A stretch of DNA of 64,000 nucleotides from Kiritimatiellia bacterium (GCA_017403825.1 JAFRDO010000016.1:25814-89813); one strand, 5' to 3'. Counted from the stretch's first letter, positions 35,255 through 45,277 are shown. Made by a program: numbers and translations. The notes: generated by a model from the letters alone, not told the origin.

Positions 35255-35649
35255 GCAACTTGTTCTACGAGTCGGTAGCGCAGGTACTTGAAGTGGACGG
35301 GGTCGGCTTCGACACCGATTTCCGTCAGGTGCCGGGCTGGTGTTCGCTTCAGGCGTTCGGGCTGCTCGTGCTGATGGAGAACGACTGGGGCGCGCCGCTG
35401 GACATCGTGCGGCTGAATGCGGTACGGACTGTCGGGGACCTCTACTGCGAGGCGTTCATCGCCTTCGCCGCCTCGCTTTTCGGCGTGGACCGCGCGTCGC
35501 TCTCGCCAGACAGCGCCTATGGCTCCATCCCTGCCTGGGACAGCGTAGCCCACCTTCGCCTGGTGATGGAGGCGGAGAAGCGTTTCGGCACTCACTACCC
35601 GCTGGAGACCATTCCGGGCTTGCGGACCATTCGCGATTTTTTGGTATAA
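35251..35649 (+). CDS. Tandem two-domain acyl-carrier-protein-like protein
   Basis: Two ~65-aa units, VPGWCSLQAFGLLVLMENDWG...TVGDL and IPAWDSVAHLRLVMEAEKRFG...TIRDF. Confidence 0.72.
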   Translation: MSNLFYESVAQVLEVDGVGFDTDFRQVPGWCSLQAFGLLVLMENDWGAPLDIVRLNAVRTVGDLYCEAFIAFAASLFGVDRASLSPDSAYGSIPAWDSVAHLRLVMEAEKRFGTHYPLETIPGLRTIRDFLV

Positions 35650-35679
35650 TATCTTCATCCATACAGACAAGGGGGAGGC

Positions 35680-37128
35680 ATGGGCGGATTTTGCGGAGTT
35701 GTTGCGAAGGAGGATTGCGTAATCGATCTCTTCTTCGGCACGGACTACCATTCGCATCTCGGCACGCATCGCGGCGGGATGGCGGTTCTTGGCAGGCGGG
35801 GTTTTCAAAGATCCATTCACAACATACAGAACGCGCCGTTCCGTTCAAAGTTCGAGCATGACATCACCGGTTTTGAGGGAAGCGTCGGCATAGGCGTTAT
35901 TTCAGATACCGATCCCCAGCCGCTCGTGATGTGCTCGCATCTCGGCACGTTCGCGATCGTCACCGTGGGGCTGATATCGAACATCGAGGAGCTCAAGCGC
36001 GAGCTGTTCGTGGGCAACTCGGCCCAGCTCCAGTATTCGACGACGAGCGGGATGGTCGGCCCGACGGAAGTCGTGAGCGCCCTTATTGCCACGCAGCCGT
36101 CGATAGTGGACGGCGTGCGCTACGTTCAAAGCCGTATCGAGGGCAGTTGCTCGATACTGATCTTGACGGAGGAAGGGCGGCTCTTCGCCGCACGCGACCG
36201 CTACGGGCGCACGCCCATCGTGGTCGGGCGCAAGGAAGGCTCGATGATTGCGCTCATGGAGTCGTGCGCGCTGCCGAACCTGGGCTACGAGTACGTCCGC
36301 GACCTCGGGCCCGGCGAGATGGCGGAGCTGACGCCCGACGGCGAAGTCTCGACCGTGATCCCGCCAGGCGACAAGATGGCGATCTGCGCGTTCTTCTGGG
36401 TGTATTACGGCTATCCGGCGTCGTCCTACGAGGGACGGAACGTGGAGATGGCCCGCTACCGCTGCGGCAGCGCCCTCGCGAAGCGCGACGACACGGTGGC
36501 GGACGCCGCATGCGGCATTCCGGACTCCGGCACGTCGCATGCGCTCGGTTACGCGCACGAGAAGGGCATAAAGTTCGCGCGTCCGTTCGTAAAGTACACC
36601 CCGACCTGGGCGCGGTCGTTCATGCCGTCCGACCAGAAGCAGCGCGAGAAGGTCGCGGCGATGAAGCTGATTCCGATTCCCGGCCTCATACGCGACAGGC
36701 GGCTCGTCTTCTGCGACGACTCGATCGTGCGCGGCACCCAGCTCGGCAGGCAGGCCGACCGCCTCTATTCCGAGGGCTGCCGCGAGATGCACGTGAGGAT
36801 CGCATGTCCGCCGCTCCTCTACCCCTGCCGCTTCATAAACTTCTCGCGCTCCAAGAACGAATACGACCTCATCACGCGCCGCTACATACGCGACAACGAG
36901 GGCGAGGGCGCCGACATCGACAAGTACCAGGACGAACGCGGCGCTCCGTACCGGGAAATGGTTGAGTACATACGCCGCAAGTTGAATCTCACGTCGCTGG
37001 CCTTCCAGACGGTCGACGACCTCGTTGCGGCGATCGGGTTGCCGAAGGATCGCCTTTGCACCTTCTGCTGGACTGGCAAGGACGTGTCGTGCGGCGGTTC
37101 CTGTCCCGGCTGCCCTTGCCACGGCTGA
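35680..37128 (+). CDS. purF: Amidophosphoribosyltransferase (variant lacking the N-terminal catalytic Cys)
   Basis: RD.YGRTP, GIPDSG, DDSIVRGT, HVRIACPP, C..CWTG; N-terminus MGGFCG; promoter TGG-TATAAT 35642-35650. Confidence 0.92.
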   Translation: MGGFCGVVAKEDCVIDLFFGTDYHSHLGTHRGGMAVLGRRGFQRSIHNIQNAPFRSKFEHDITGFEGSVGIGVISDTDPQPLVMCSHLGTFAIVTVGLISNIEELKRELFVGNSAQLQYSTTSGMVGPTEVVSALIATQPSIVDGVRYVQSRIEGSCSILILTEEGRLFAARDRYGRTPIVVGRKEGSMIALMESCALPNLGYEYVRDLGPGEMAELTPDGEVSTVIPPGDKMAICAFFWVYYGYPASSYEGRNVEMARYRCGSALAKRDDTVADAACGIPDSGTSHALGYAHEKGIKFARPFVKYTPTWARSFMPSDQKQREKVAAMKLIPIPGLIRDRRLVFCDDSIVRGTQLGRQADRLYSEGCREMHVRIACPPLLYPCRFINFSRSKNEYDLITRRYIRDNEGEGADIDKYQDERGAPYREMVEYIRRKLNLTSLAFQTVDDLVAAIGLPKDRLCTFCWTGKDVSCGGSCPGCPCHG

Positions 37129-37148
37129 TTGCAACGCTAGGAGAGGAC

Positions 37149-38750
37149 ATGAAAAGGTCAGCAGCGTCTTGGGTTCTGGTTTCCGCCGCCGTAATCCTGT
37201 CGAACGCCGCAATTGCGTTCGCAGGCTTCTCGATCGACCGTTCGGTCATGTCGGAGGCGTATTGGAACATCTGGAACGAAGGGGTCCAGGCGAAGATCGA
37301 CGCCGACATCGAGAAGTACCGCAAGGCCGATGCAACCGTCGAAGTCGCCGCGCCGGACGGCGCCGAGGTGAAGGTGGAGCAGGAGAGCCATGCGTTCTTC
37401 TTCGGCGCGCACATCTTCAACTTCAACCAGCTCGGCAAGAAGGAGTGGAACGACCGCTACAAGGAGCTGTACGGCACGCTCTTCAACTCCGCGACCGTCG
37501 CGTTCTACTGGCGGACGTTGGAACGGTATCCCTACGCGCCGCGCTTCGAGGAGCGCTACGAGGACACGGAGAATTTCTGGAACAGCTGTCCGCAACCGAA
37601 GGAACAGCCGCACTGGCGGCGTCCGCCGCCGGATCCGGTGATCTCGTTCCTGAAGACGAAGGGTTGCCGCATCCACGGGCATCCTCTCGTGTGGGGAAGC
37701 CCCCACTGGCATTCGCCGACTTGGCTCTGGAGCGATTACTGTCCCGCGGCGGAGAAGCGTGCGCTTGAGGCCGCGAGCGGCGTTACGGTGCCTAGTTTCG
37801 ACTTCCACAAGGAGATCAGCGCGTGCGACCGTCAATGGACGCGAGATTGGACCGACGCTTGGAAGAAGATATATGCCAAGCTGACGGACGAGGAGATTGC
37901 CGCGCTCGTGCCGACCTACATCAAGGCCCAGGCCGATTTCTACGAGCGGCGCATCCGCGACATCGCCGCCCGCTACGGCAGCCGCGTCGATTCGTGGGAC
38001 GTGGTGAACGAGAGCGCGACGGACTTCGACAAGTTCGGGCGCAAGGCCGTGCGCGGCAAGCCGTTCGACAGGAGCTGGTACGGTCCGATGCCGGCGGACT
38101 ACGCCTACAAGGCGTTCGTGTGGTCGCATAAGTACATGCCTGAGACCGCCTGGCTGAACATCAACGAGTACAACATGGTTCCGTTCTTCGACCAGATCCG
38201 CGACCTCGCGGCGAACGGCGCGAAGATCGACGTGGTAGGTTCGCAGATGCACCTGTTCAATCCTGCGGAGAGCGTGTCGATCGCCCGCGGCGAGTTCACT
38301 GAGGAGGCGTACAAGAAGACGCACCCCGAAGCCGTCGCGGAACGCTTCCGCGTCCTGTCGCAGGCGGGCAGGCCGATACACCTCTCGGAAATCACCATCA
38401 CCGCGCCAGACAGTTCGCCGCGCGGGCAGATGGTTCAGGCGATCATCATGCGCAACCTCTACCGCGCCTGGTTCTCGGTGGAGAAGATGAACGGCATCAC
38501 GTGGTGGAACGTGGTGGACGACTGCGGCGCGCCGGGCGAGCCTTCCATCAGCGGACTCTTCACCCGCGACATGCGTCCTAAGACGGCGTACTTCGCGATG
38601 GACGACCTCGTGAACCGGGAGTGGAAGACGAAGACGACCGTGAAGGCCGCCGGCGGCAAGGTGACGTTCAGGGGTTTTCGCGGACGCTACCGTCTCAGCT
38701 GGAAGGATTCCGACGGCAAGGAGCGGACAACGCTTGCGGAAGTGAGGTAA
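37149..38750 (+). CDS. Secreted GH10-family glycoside hydrolase (endo-xylanase-like)
   Basis: Signal peptide, HGHPLVW, WDVVNE (acid/base), INEYN, GSQMH, IHLSEI (nucleophile). Confidence 0.88.
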   Translation: MKRSAASWVLVSAAVILSNAAIAFAGFSIDRSVMSEAYWNIWNEGVQAKIDADIEKYRKADATVEVAAPDGAEVKVEQESHAFFFGAHIFNFNQLGKKEWNDRYKELYGTLFNSATVAFYWRTLERYPYAPRFEERYEDTENFWNSCPQPKEQPHWRRPPPDPVISFLKTKGCRIHGHPLVWGSPHWHSPTWLWSDYCPAAEKRALEAASGVTVPSFDFHKEISACDRQWTRDWTDAWKKIYAKLTDEEIAALVPTYIKAQADFYERRIRDIAARYGSRVDSWDVVNESATDFDKFGRKAVRGKPFDRSWYGPMPADYAYKAFVWSHKYMPETAWLNINEYNMVPFFDQIRDLAANGAKIDVVGSQMHLFNPAESVSIARGEFTEEAYKKTHPEAVAERFRVLSQAGRPIHLSEITITAPDSSPRGQMVQAIIMRNLYRAWFSVEKMNGITWWNVVDDCGAPGEPSISGLFTRDMRPKTAYFAMDDLVNREWKTKTTVKAAGGKVTFRGFRGRYRLSWKDSDGKERTTLAEVR

Positions 38751-38758
38751 GGGGGCTT

Positions 38759-40081
38759 ATGCACATCAACAAGATCAATCCTTCGACGCTCAAGATCACC
38801 GACATGCGCTTCGCCGACATCGACGGGGCGCCGAAGCGCTGCACGCTGATGAAGCTCAACACGAACCAGGGGCTCGTCGGCTACGGCGAAGTGCGCGATG
38901 CATCGAGCCGCACGTACGCCGCGATGCTTAAAAGCCGCATCCTCGGCGAGAACCCGTGCAACGTGGAAAAGGTGTTCAGGCGCATTAGGCAGTTCGGCGG
39001 CGACTCGCGCCAGGCTGGCGGCGTCTGCGCCGTGGAGCTGGCGTGCTGGGACATCTGCGGCAAGGCGTGGGGGCTCCCCGTGTGGCAGCTCCTCGGCGGC
39101 AGGTGGCGCGACGAGATACGCTGCTACTGCGACACGGATTCCGAAGGCGGCGGCAGGGACATGGGCGCGGCGCTCAAGGAGCGCATGAAGATGGGCTTCA
39201 CGTTCCTGAAGATGGACCTCGGCATAGAGCTCCTGATGAACGTTCCGGGAGCGCTGATCGCGCCTCTGGGCTATCTCGGCTACATGAAGAAGATGAAGCA
39301 TGTTGTGCAGACGCCGCATGGCTCCATCGACCCGCGCTCCATGCGTGGCGAGGCGTATGACCTCTTCAACACGGCGCACGGCTTCACGGGCATCCACATC
39401 ACCGAGAAGGGGCTGGACTTCCTTGAGAAGTACATGGCCGACGTGCGCGAGGTCGTCGGCTGGGAGGTGCCGATCGCCATCGACCATCTCGGCCACATAC
39501 CATACGAGGACTGCGTGCAGCTGCTGAGGCGGCTTGAGAAGTACCATCTTTCGTGGGCCGAGGACGTGTTGCCCTGGCAGATGACCGGGCAGTGGAAGCA
39601 GCTTCACGCGGCGACCGTGACGCCGCTCGGCACCGGCGAGGACATCTACCTGAAGGAGAATTTCAGGCCGCTCCTCGAATCCGGCGCGCTTGCGGTGGTG
39701 CATCCCGACCTGCTGACGGCGGGCGGAATGATGGAGACTAAGAAGATCGGCGACATGGCCGAGGACTGCGGAGTGCAGATGAACATCCACATGGCGGAGT
39801 CGCCGATAGCCTGCCTCGCGGCGGTGCATGTGGCGGCGGCGACCAGGAACTTCATGGCGCTTGAGTTGCATTCCGTCGACGTGCCGTGGTGGGGCGACCT
39901 CGTGAAGCCCGTGCTCTCCTACAAGGGCGGCTTCATCAAGGTGCCGACGAAGCCGGGCCTCGGCATCGACGAGCTGAACGAAAAGCTCATCAGGAAGCAG
40001 TCTTGCGCAGGCTTCCCGCCGCCGTGGGCGCCTACGAAGGAATGGGACGGCGAATGGTCTAACGACAGGCGGTGGTCGTGA
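38759..40081 (+). CDS. Enolase-superfamily (mandelate racemase/muconate lactonizing) acid dehydratase
   Basis: ELACWDICGKAWGLPVWQLLGG, KMD, D-E-E metal ligands (IDH, AED, GED). Confidence 0.9.
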   Translation: MHINKINPSTLKITDMRFADIDGAPKRCTLMKLNTNQGLVGYGEVRDASSRTYAAMLKSRILGENPCNVEKVFRRIRQFGGDSRQAGGVCAVELACWDICGKAWGLPVWQLLGGRWRDEIRCYCDTDSEGGGRDMGAALKERMKMGFTFLKMDLGIELLMNVPGALIAPLGYLGYMKKMKHVVQTPHGSIDPRSMRGEAYDLFNTAHGFTGIHITEKGLDFLEKYMADVREVVGWEVPIAIDHLGHIPYEDCVQLLRRLEKYHLSWAEDVLPWQMTGQWKQLHAATVTPLGTGEDIYLKENFRPLLESGALAVVHPDLLTAGGMMETKKIGDMAEDCGVQMNIHMAESPIACLAAVHVAAATRNFMALELHSVDVPWWGDLVKPVLSYKGGFIKVPTKPGLGIDELNEKLIRKQSCAGFPPPWAPTKEWDGEWSNDRRWS

Positions 40082-41148
40082 TTGCGAAGAAACACAGGAT
40101 TGCGGTGATCGCCGGCGACGGCATCGGCCCCGAGGTCATCGCCGAAGGCGAAAAGGTCCTGAAGCGGGCGGCCCGGCTCGACGGGACGTTCTGCTTCTCA
40201 TTCACGCATTTCCCGTGGGGGTGCGAATACTACCTGAAGACTGGGCGAATGATGCCGGCGGACGCGCTGAAGACGCTGGCGAAGTTCGACGCGATCTTCC
40301 TCGGCGCGGTCGGCTTTCCCGGCGTGCCGGATCACGTTTCCCTCCGTGAGCTGCTCCTTGAGATCCGCCACGGCTTTGACCAGTACGTGAACGTGCGTCC
40401 GGTGAAGCTGCTGCCGGGCGCGCCGTGTCCGCTCGTCGGCGCAAAGCCGGAGGACATCGACATGACGTTCATCCGGGAGAACTCGGAGGGCGAATACTCC
40501 GGTTCCGGCGCGTGGCTTTACCGCGGCACGCCCGAGGAAGTCGTGATACAGAACGGCGTGTTCTCCCGCAAGGGCACCGAGCGGATCATTCGCTATGCCT
40601 ACGAGCTCGCGCGTCGGGAGAAGAAGACGCTGACCTCCATCTCGAAGGGCAACGCGCTCAATTACTCGATGGTCTTTTGGGACCAGGTGTTCAAGGAGGT
40701 CGGCGCCGAATACCCCGACGTGGAGACTCATTCGCTTCTGGTGGACGCAGCCTCGATGTTCATGGTGAAGGATCCGAAGCGCTTTCAGGTCGTCGTCGCC
40801 TCAAACCTCTTCGGCGACATACTGACCGACCTTGGCGCGGCGATTTCCGGCGGAATGGGGCTCGCGGCGGGTGCGAACCTGAATCCAGAGCGGAAGTTTC
40901 CGTCGATGTTCGAGCCGATTCACGGCAGCGCGCCCGACATTGCGGGGAAGGGGCTGGCGAATCCGCTTGCGACCGTGTGGAGCGCGGCGCAGATGCTGGA
41001 GTTCCTCGGCCACCGGAGCTGGTCTGATAAGGTGCTTGGCGTGATCGCGAAGATGCTGAGGGAGAAGATTTCGCTTACGCCCGACATGGGCGGCACAGCG
41101 ACTACCGCGGAATGCGGCAGTGCCGCGGCGCGGCTCCTGGGAAAGTAG
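40078..41148 (+). CDS. Tartrate/D-malate dehydrogenase (decarboxylating; isocitrate/isopropylmalate DH family)
   Basis: GDGIGPEV, GVPDHVSL, FDQYVNVRP, RENSEGEYS, NLFGDILTDL, FEPIHGSAPDIAGKG. Confidence 0.85.
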   Translation: MIAKKHRIAVIAGDGIGPEVIAEGEKVLKRAARLDGTFCFSFTHFPWGCEYYLKTGRMMPADALKTLAKFDAIFLGAVGFPGVPDHVSLRELLLEIRHGFDQYVNVRPVKLLPGAPCPLVGAKPEDIDMTFIRENSEGEYSGSGAWLYRGTPEEVVIQNGVFSRKGTERIIRYAYELARREKKTLTSISKGNALNYSMVFWDQVFKEVGAEYPDVETHSLLVDAASMFMVKDPKRFQVVVASNLFGDILTDLGAAISGGMGLAAGANLNPERKFPSMFEPIHGSAPDIAGKGLANPLATVWSAAQMLEFLGHRSWSDKVLGVIAKMLREKISLTPDMGGTATTAECGSAAARLLGK

Positions 41149-41150
41149 CC

Positions 41151-42434
41151 ATGACGCCTGCCGCGATAACGCTGACCGTATTCCTGATTGCCCTTGGGCT
41201 TTTCATCGCAGACTTCCTGCCGATGGGGCTCATGGTGTTCATGGTGCCGCTGGCGCTTTACTTCTGCGGCGTCATCGATGTGAAGGAGATATTCGCTCCG
41301 CTTGTCGGACAGTCCATAATACTTGTCGTGGCGATGAGCGTGATCGGCGCGGCGCTGTTCAGGACGGGCATGGCGGAGCGGATCGGCAGGCTGCTGTTCC
41401 GGTTCTGTCCGGGCGAACGGTCTCTCATGATGGTCGTGACGCTGTTCTCGGGCGTCGTGTCATCGTTCGTGTCGAACACGGGGACCGTGGCGATCCTGAT
41501 ACCGATCGTCATGGGCGCCGCCGCCTCGCACCGGGTGCGCCCCAGCCGGCTGCTGATTCCGCTGACGGCGGGCGCGACGCTGGGCGGTAACATCTCGGTG
41601 ATCGGAAGCCCAGGGAACCTTATCGCAAAGGAGACGATCGAGAAGTTTTCCGAGGGCGCGATGAGCGTGAGGTTCTTCGAGTATGCGGGCGTCGGGATTC
41701 CGCTTCTCGTCGCGGCGGCGGTCTTCTATGCGCTGGTCGGCCCGAAGCTGCTTCCGTCAAAGGGCGATGCCGAAGCTGGCGGCGGTGGTGCGCAGGGCGC
41801 GGCGCTGCCTGGCTGGAAGGGCTGGTTCACGGTTGCCGTGCTGCTCGGGACGGTTGGGGCGATGATTTGCGCGGATTACTTCAAGTGGCTGCCGCCGATG
41901 CACGTGACGGCTTGCGTCGGCGCGGTCGCAGTCGTCCTTTTCGGCGTGTTGACGCAGAAGGAGGCGTTCGCCGCCTTCGACATGCAGGCGGTATTCCTGC
42001 TCTCGTTCATGACGCCCCTCGGCAACGCGATGATGAAGACCGGCGCGGCGCGGCAGATTGCCGATGCCGTGGTGTGCGTCGGCGGAGGGCACGGACCGCT
42101 TGTGATGATGGCCGTCCTCTGGCTGACGGTCTGGGGACTGACTCAGGTTATGAGCAACACCGCGACCTGCGCGCTGTTCTGTCCGATAGGCTGGACTATC
42201 GCTAAGACACTCGGGGCCGACCCTCGCGCCGTCGTGATCGCGATCCTCATCGCCTCGTCGGTCGCAGTCTGCACGCCGCTCGCTATTCCGGCGAACTCGA
42301 TGATCCTCGAGCCGGGCGGACTGCGCTTCAAGGACTTTTTCAAGCCCGGCATCTGCCTTTCCGCGCTGGCGTTCGTCCTTTCGATGCTGCTGCTGCCGGT
42401 CATCTATCCGTTCTATCCTGCCGCCGCATCTTGA
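41151..42434 (+). CDS. SLC13/DASS-family anion permease
   Basis: Two SNT motifs (FVSNTG, VMSNTA), IGSPGN, TPLAIPAN; hydrophobic. Confidence 0.88.
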   Translation: MTPAAITLTVFLIALGLFIADFLPMGLMVFMVPLALYFCGVIDVKEIFAPLVGQSIILVVAMSVIGAALFRTGMAERIGRLLFRFCPGERSLMMVVTLFSGVVSSFVSNTGTVAILIPIVMGAAASHRVRPSRLLIPLTAGATLGGNISVIGSPGNLIAKETIEKFSEGAMSVRFFEYAGVGIPLLVAAAVFYALVGPKLLPSKGDAEAGGGGAQGAALPGWKGWFTVAVLLGTVGAMICADYFKWLPPMHVTACVGAVAVVLFGVLTQKEAFAAFDMQAVFLLSFMTPLGNAMMKTGAARQIADAVVCVGGGHGPLVMMAVLWLTVWGLTQVMSNTATCALFCPIGWTIAKTLGADPRAVVIAILIASSVAVCTPLAIPANSMILEPGGLRFKDFFKPGICLSALAFVLSMLLLPVIYPFYPAAAS

Positions 42435-42539
42435 TGCAGGCTCTCAATTTTTCTCACATTTTTTCAAATCTTTTCGGCCAACTCTCACAGCCGTTGTAGT
42501 ATAATATACGGCATCAGCAAGTCACGGAAGGAACTGATA

Positions 42540-43994
42540 ATGAAGATCAAGACCGACAGCTACATGTTCGAGATGATTCGGACGGAGCTTACCGACGCTG
42601 TGGGCGACGCAAACGTCGACGTGAAGTTCGCCGACAAGTTCGGCCACTCCATCGACTATTACTGGATTCCAGAGATGTGGCATGACCGCGGCAAGGAGTG
42701 CCCCAAGGCGGACTTCATCGTCCACCCCGGCAGCACCGAAGAGGTCGCCAAGGTGATGAAGATCGCCAACCAGTACAAGATTCCGGTCGTCCCGTGGGGC
42801 GGCGGCTCCGGCTCGCAGGGTGGGGCGCTTCCGATCTACGGCGGCATCATCCTTGACATGAAGCGCATGAACAAGTTTTACGGCGTGGACAGGGAGAGTT
42901 ACACCGTCCGTTGCCAGACTGGCATCATCGCGCGTCATCTGGAATGGAACTGCAACAAGGAGGGATTCTCCACGATGCACCTGCCGGCGTCCATCTCCTG
43001 CGCTACGATCGGCGGCTTCCTGGCGCACCGCGGGACGGGAGTCCTCTCCACGAAGTACGGCAAGATCGAGGACATGGTGATGTCGCTTGAGGTCGTCACG
43101 CCGTCCGGCGAGATCATCCGCACGCTTCCGGTGCCGCGCCACGCCTCCGGCCCCGACCTGACGATGCTCTTCCTCGGCAGCGAGGGCACGCTCGGCGTCA
43201 TCACCGAGGTGACGCTGAAGGTCCATCCGCAGCCCGAGGCCCGCGAGTTCCGCGCGTACATATTCAAGGACTTCCACACCGCGATGCAGGCCGGCGCGAC
43301 GCTCATGCGCTCAAGGCTCGGTCCGTGCGCGATGCGCCTTTACGACGAGACGGAGACGAAGACTCACGTCTCGAAGGTGTTCGGCATCAACCTCGACAGG
43401 GGCGCGTACCTGGTGTTCGGGTTTGACGGCCGCAAGGACATCGTCGCCAGCCAGATGAAGTACGCCCGTGAGATCATGGAGCGCGAGTTCAAGGGCAAGG
43501 ACCTCGGCGCGAAGGGCGGCGAGTGGTGGTGGGAGAACAAGTACAAGTTCTTCTATCCCGGGTACATGTTCCATGTGCCGCAGGCGTTCGGCACGCTCGA
43601 CACGGTCGCCGACTTCGCGCACATCGAGAAGGTGTACTGGGCGATGAAGAACGTCGTGAACAAGGAGTTCCCCGATGCCCGCTTCATCGGGCACTTCTCC
43701 CACTGGTACGAGTGGGGGTGCATGCTTTACGCGCGCTTCATCTTCCCGGGCGACAAGGTTCCGCCGAACGAGCGCGAGGCCGCGGCGCTTTACAACGCCG
43801 TCTGGGACAAAGCCATCCGCGCCGCGATCGCCAACGGCGGCGTCATCAACGAGCATCACGGCGTCGGCCTGAAGCTCGGCCGCTACGTGAAGGACCTCTA
43901 CGGCACGGCCATGCCGGTCCTGGAGGGCATCAAGAAACAGCTGGACCCGAACGGCATCATGAACCCAGGCAAGCTCGGCTTCGCAGGATGCTAA
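42540..43994 (+). CDS. FAD-binding oxidoreductase (VAO/PCMH; alkyl-DHAP-synthase/GlcD-like)
   Basis: PWGGGSG, TIGG, GSEGTLGVIT, HFSHWY, EHHGVG, LDPNGIMNPGK; TATAAT at 42500-42505. Confidence 0.9.
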   Translation: MKIKTDSYMFEMIRTELTDAVGDANVDVKFADKFGHSIDYYWIPEMWHDRGKECPKADFIVHPGSTEEVAKVMKIANQYKIPVVPWGGGSGSQGGALPIYGGIILDMKRMNKFYGVDRESYTVRCQTGIIARHLEWNCNKEGFSTMHLPASISCATIGGFLAHRGTGVLSTKYGKIEDMVMSLEVVTPSGEIIRTLPVPRHASGPDLTMLFLGSEGTLGVITEVTLKVHPQPEAREFRAYIFKDFHTAMQAGATLMRSRLGPCAMRLYDETETKTHVSKVFGINLDRGAYLVFGFDGRKDIVASQMKYAREIMEREFKGKDLGAKGGEWWWENKYKFFYPGYMFHVPQAFGTLDTVADFAHIEKVYWAMKNVVNKEFPDARFIGHFSHWYEWGCMLYARFIFPGDKVPPNEREAAALYNAVWDKAIRAAIANGGVINEHHGVGLKLGRYVKDLYGTAMPVLEGIKKQLDPNGIMNPGKLGFAGC

Positions 43995-44008
43995 CAAGGA
44001 GGAGAATC

Positions 44009-45043
44009 ATGAACATCGACAAGTACGAAGACGCCATCATGAACTGCCGGTTCTGCTTCATGTGCCGGCATCTTTCCGCCATCGGGAACGTCCGCTTCAC
44101 CGAGGTGGACACGCCCCGCATCCGCGCGGCTATGCTCTACGGCCTCAGGACCGGCACTAACTCGTTCGACGACGAGGACTTCGTGGACGCCCTCTACCGC
44201 CAGGACCTCTCGGCCTGCTGCGCGCGCCACTGCGTGAACCACTACGACGAGAACGGGCTCGCTCTTGCGGCCCGCGCCGATGTAGTGGAGGCTGGCAAGG
44301 CCCCTGCGGCGGTGAAGAGGCTCGCCGCGAAGTTCGTGAAGTCCGCCGCGTGGAAGGCGTCCGGCAATGGCAAGGTCGCGCTCTTCCTTGACGAGACCAC
44401 GGCCTCCGACAAGGCCGAGACTGCCGCGCTCCGCAAGCTCATGAAGAATGCCGCCGGAGACTACGTCACCGTTACTGGCGGGTCGATAGGCAAGGCGCTG
44501 AAGGTGCTCGGCTACGTTCCCGAGGCCAAGGACGCCGCCGCGAAGTTCGCGCAGTTCCTCAACGGGCTGGACGTCTCCGCCGTCGTCGTGCCGAATCCGG
44601 CGGCGTTCGACGCGCTGAAGAACGACTATCCGGCATGGGGCCTTAAGCTGAAGGCCAAGGTGTTCTGCACGGCCGGCTTCCTCCTCGACAGGAAGGTCAG
44701 GTTCTCCAAGTCCGCCGGAGAGCTTTACTACCTTGCCGACGACTTCATGCGCAACTACTGCGGGTGCGAGTGCCCCGAAAGGCTGCTTGCCGCGCTCAAG
44801 GCGAAGAACAAGCCGTTCGGCACCAACGACGAAGAGACGTACAACTGCGGCGAGGGCGCGGTCGTCCTGGACAGGCTGCATCCCGAAATCGTGAAGTCGC
44901 TCGCCGAATACGTTGCTGCGCGCGCGGACGACCCGAAGAAGGATCGGATCGTCACGCTCGGGGTTTACGCGAAGATGGCGCTGGTCAAGTACGGAAAGCT
45001 CGACGTAAAGACTCTGAACGAGATTGCGGCCAGCTGCCTGTAA
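44009..45043 (+). CDS. Fe-S-binding oxidoreductase partner (GlcF/CCG-like)
   Basis: CRFCFMCRH, ACCARHC, degenerate CCG motif (NCGEG); AGGAGG SD. Confidence 0.75.
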   Translation: MNIDKYEDAIMNCRFCFMCRHLSAIGNVRFTEVDTPRIRAAMLYGLRTGTNSFDDEDFVDALYRQDLSACCARHCVNHYDENGLALAARADVVEAGKAPAAVKRLAAKFVKSAAWKASGNGKVALFLDETTASDKAETAALRKLMKNAAGDYVTVTGGSIGKALKVLGYVPEAKDAAAKFAQFLNGLDVSAVVVPNPAAFDALKNDYPAWGLKLKAKVFCTAGFLLDRKVRFSKSAGELYYLADDFMRNYCGCECPERLLAALKAKNKPFGTNDEETYNCGEGAVVLDRLHPEIVKSLAEYVAARADDPKKDRIVTLGVYAKMALVKYGKLDVKTLNEIAASCL

Positions 45044-45088
45044 GTCGGCGGTGGGCGTCTCCGGCAGAATTGTGGTATACTATGCGGC

Positions 45089-45277
45089 ATGGCGGAGATG
45101 GCAGAGATGACGGAGCTGGACCGGAAGCTGGCGAAAGCCGCGCGCGAATGCAGCGCGGACGCTGTTCGGCGCACATTTGAGGCGGGTTTGCCGATCACAA
45201 TCCTCGTCGGCAATCGTATCGTCCGGCGGTGGGCGGACGGGCGAGAGGAACTTGTCAAGGAACTGCCGCCGCGATGA
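45089..45277 (+). CDS. Small protein, putative antitoxin partner of the zeta-like ATPase
   Basis: 62 aa with A..A.RR..EAGLPITI..GNRIV pattern, ATGA overlap with the next gene; TGG-TATACT 45073-45081 lies 7 nt before the ATG. Confidence 0.7.
   Translation: MAEMAEMTELDRKLAKAARECSADAVRRTFEAGLPITILVGNRIVRRWADGREELVKELPPR

Noticed and set aside
42440-42490. TCTCA(C/A)A repeats upstream of the FAD oxidoreductase as an operator
   Set aside because: They are short, irregularly spaced and within a T-rich tract, too weak to call
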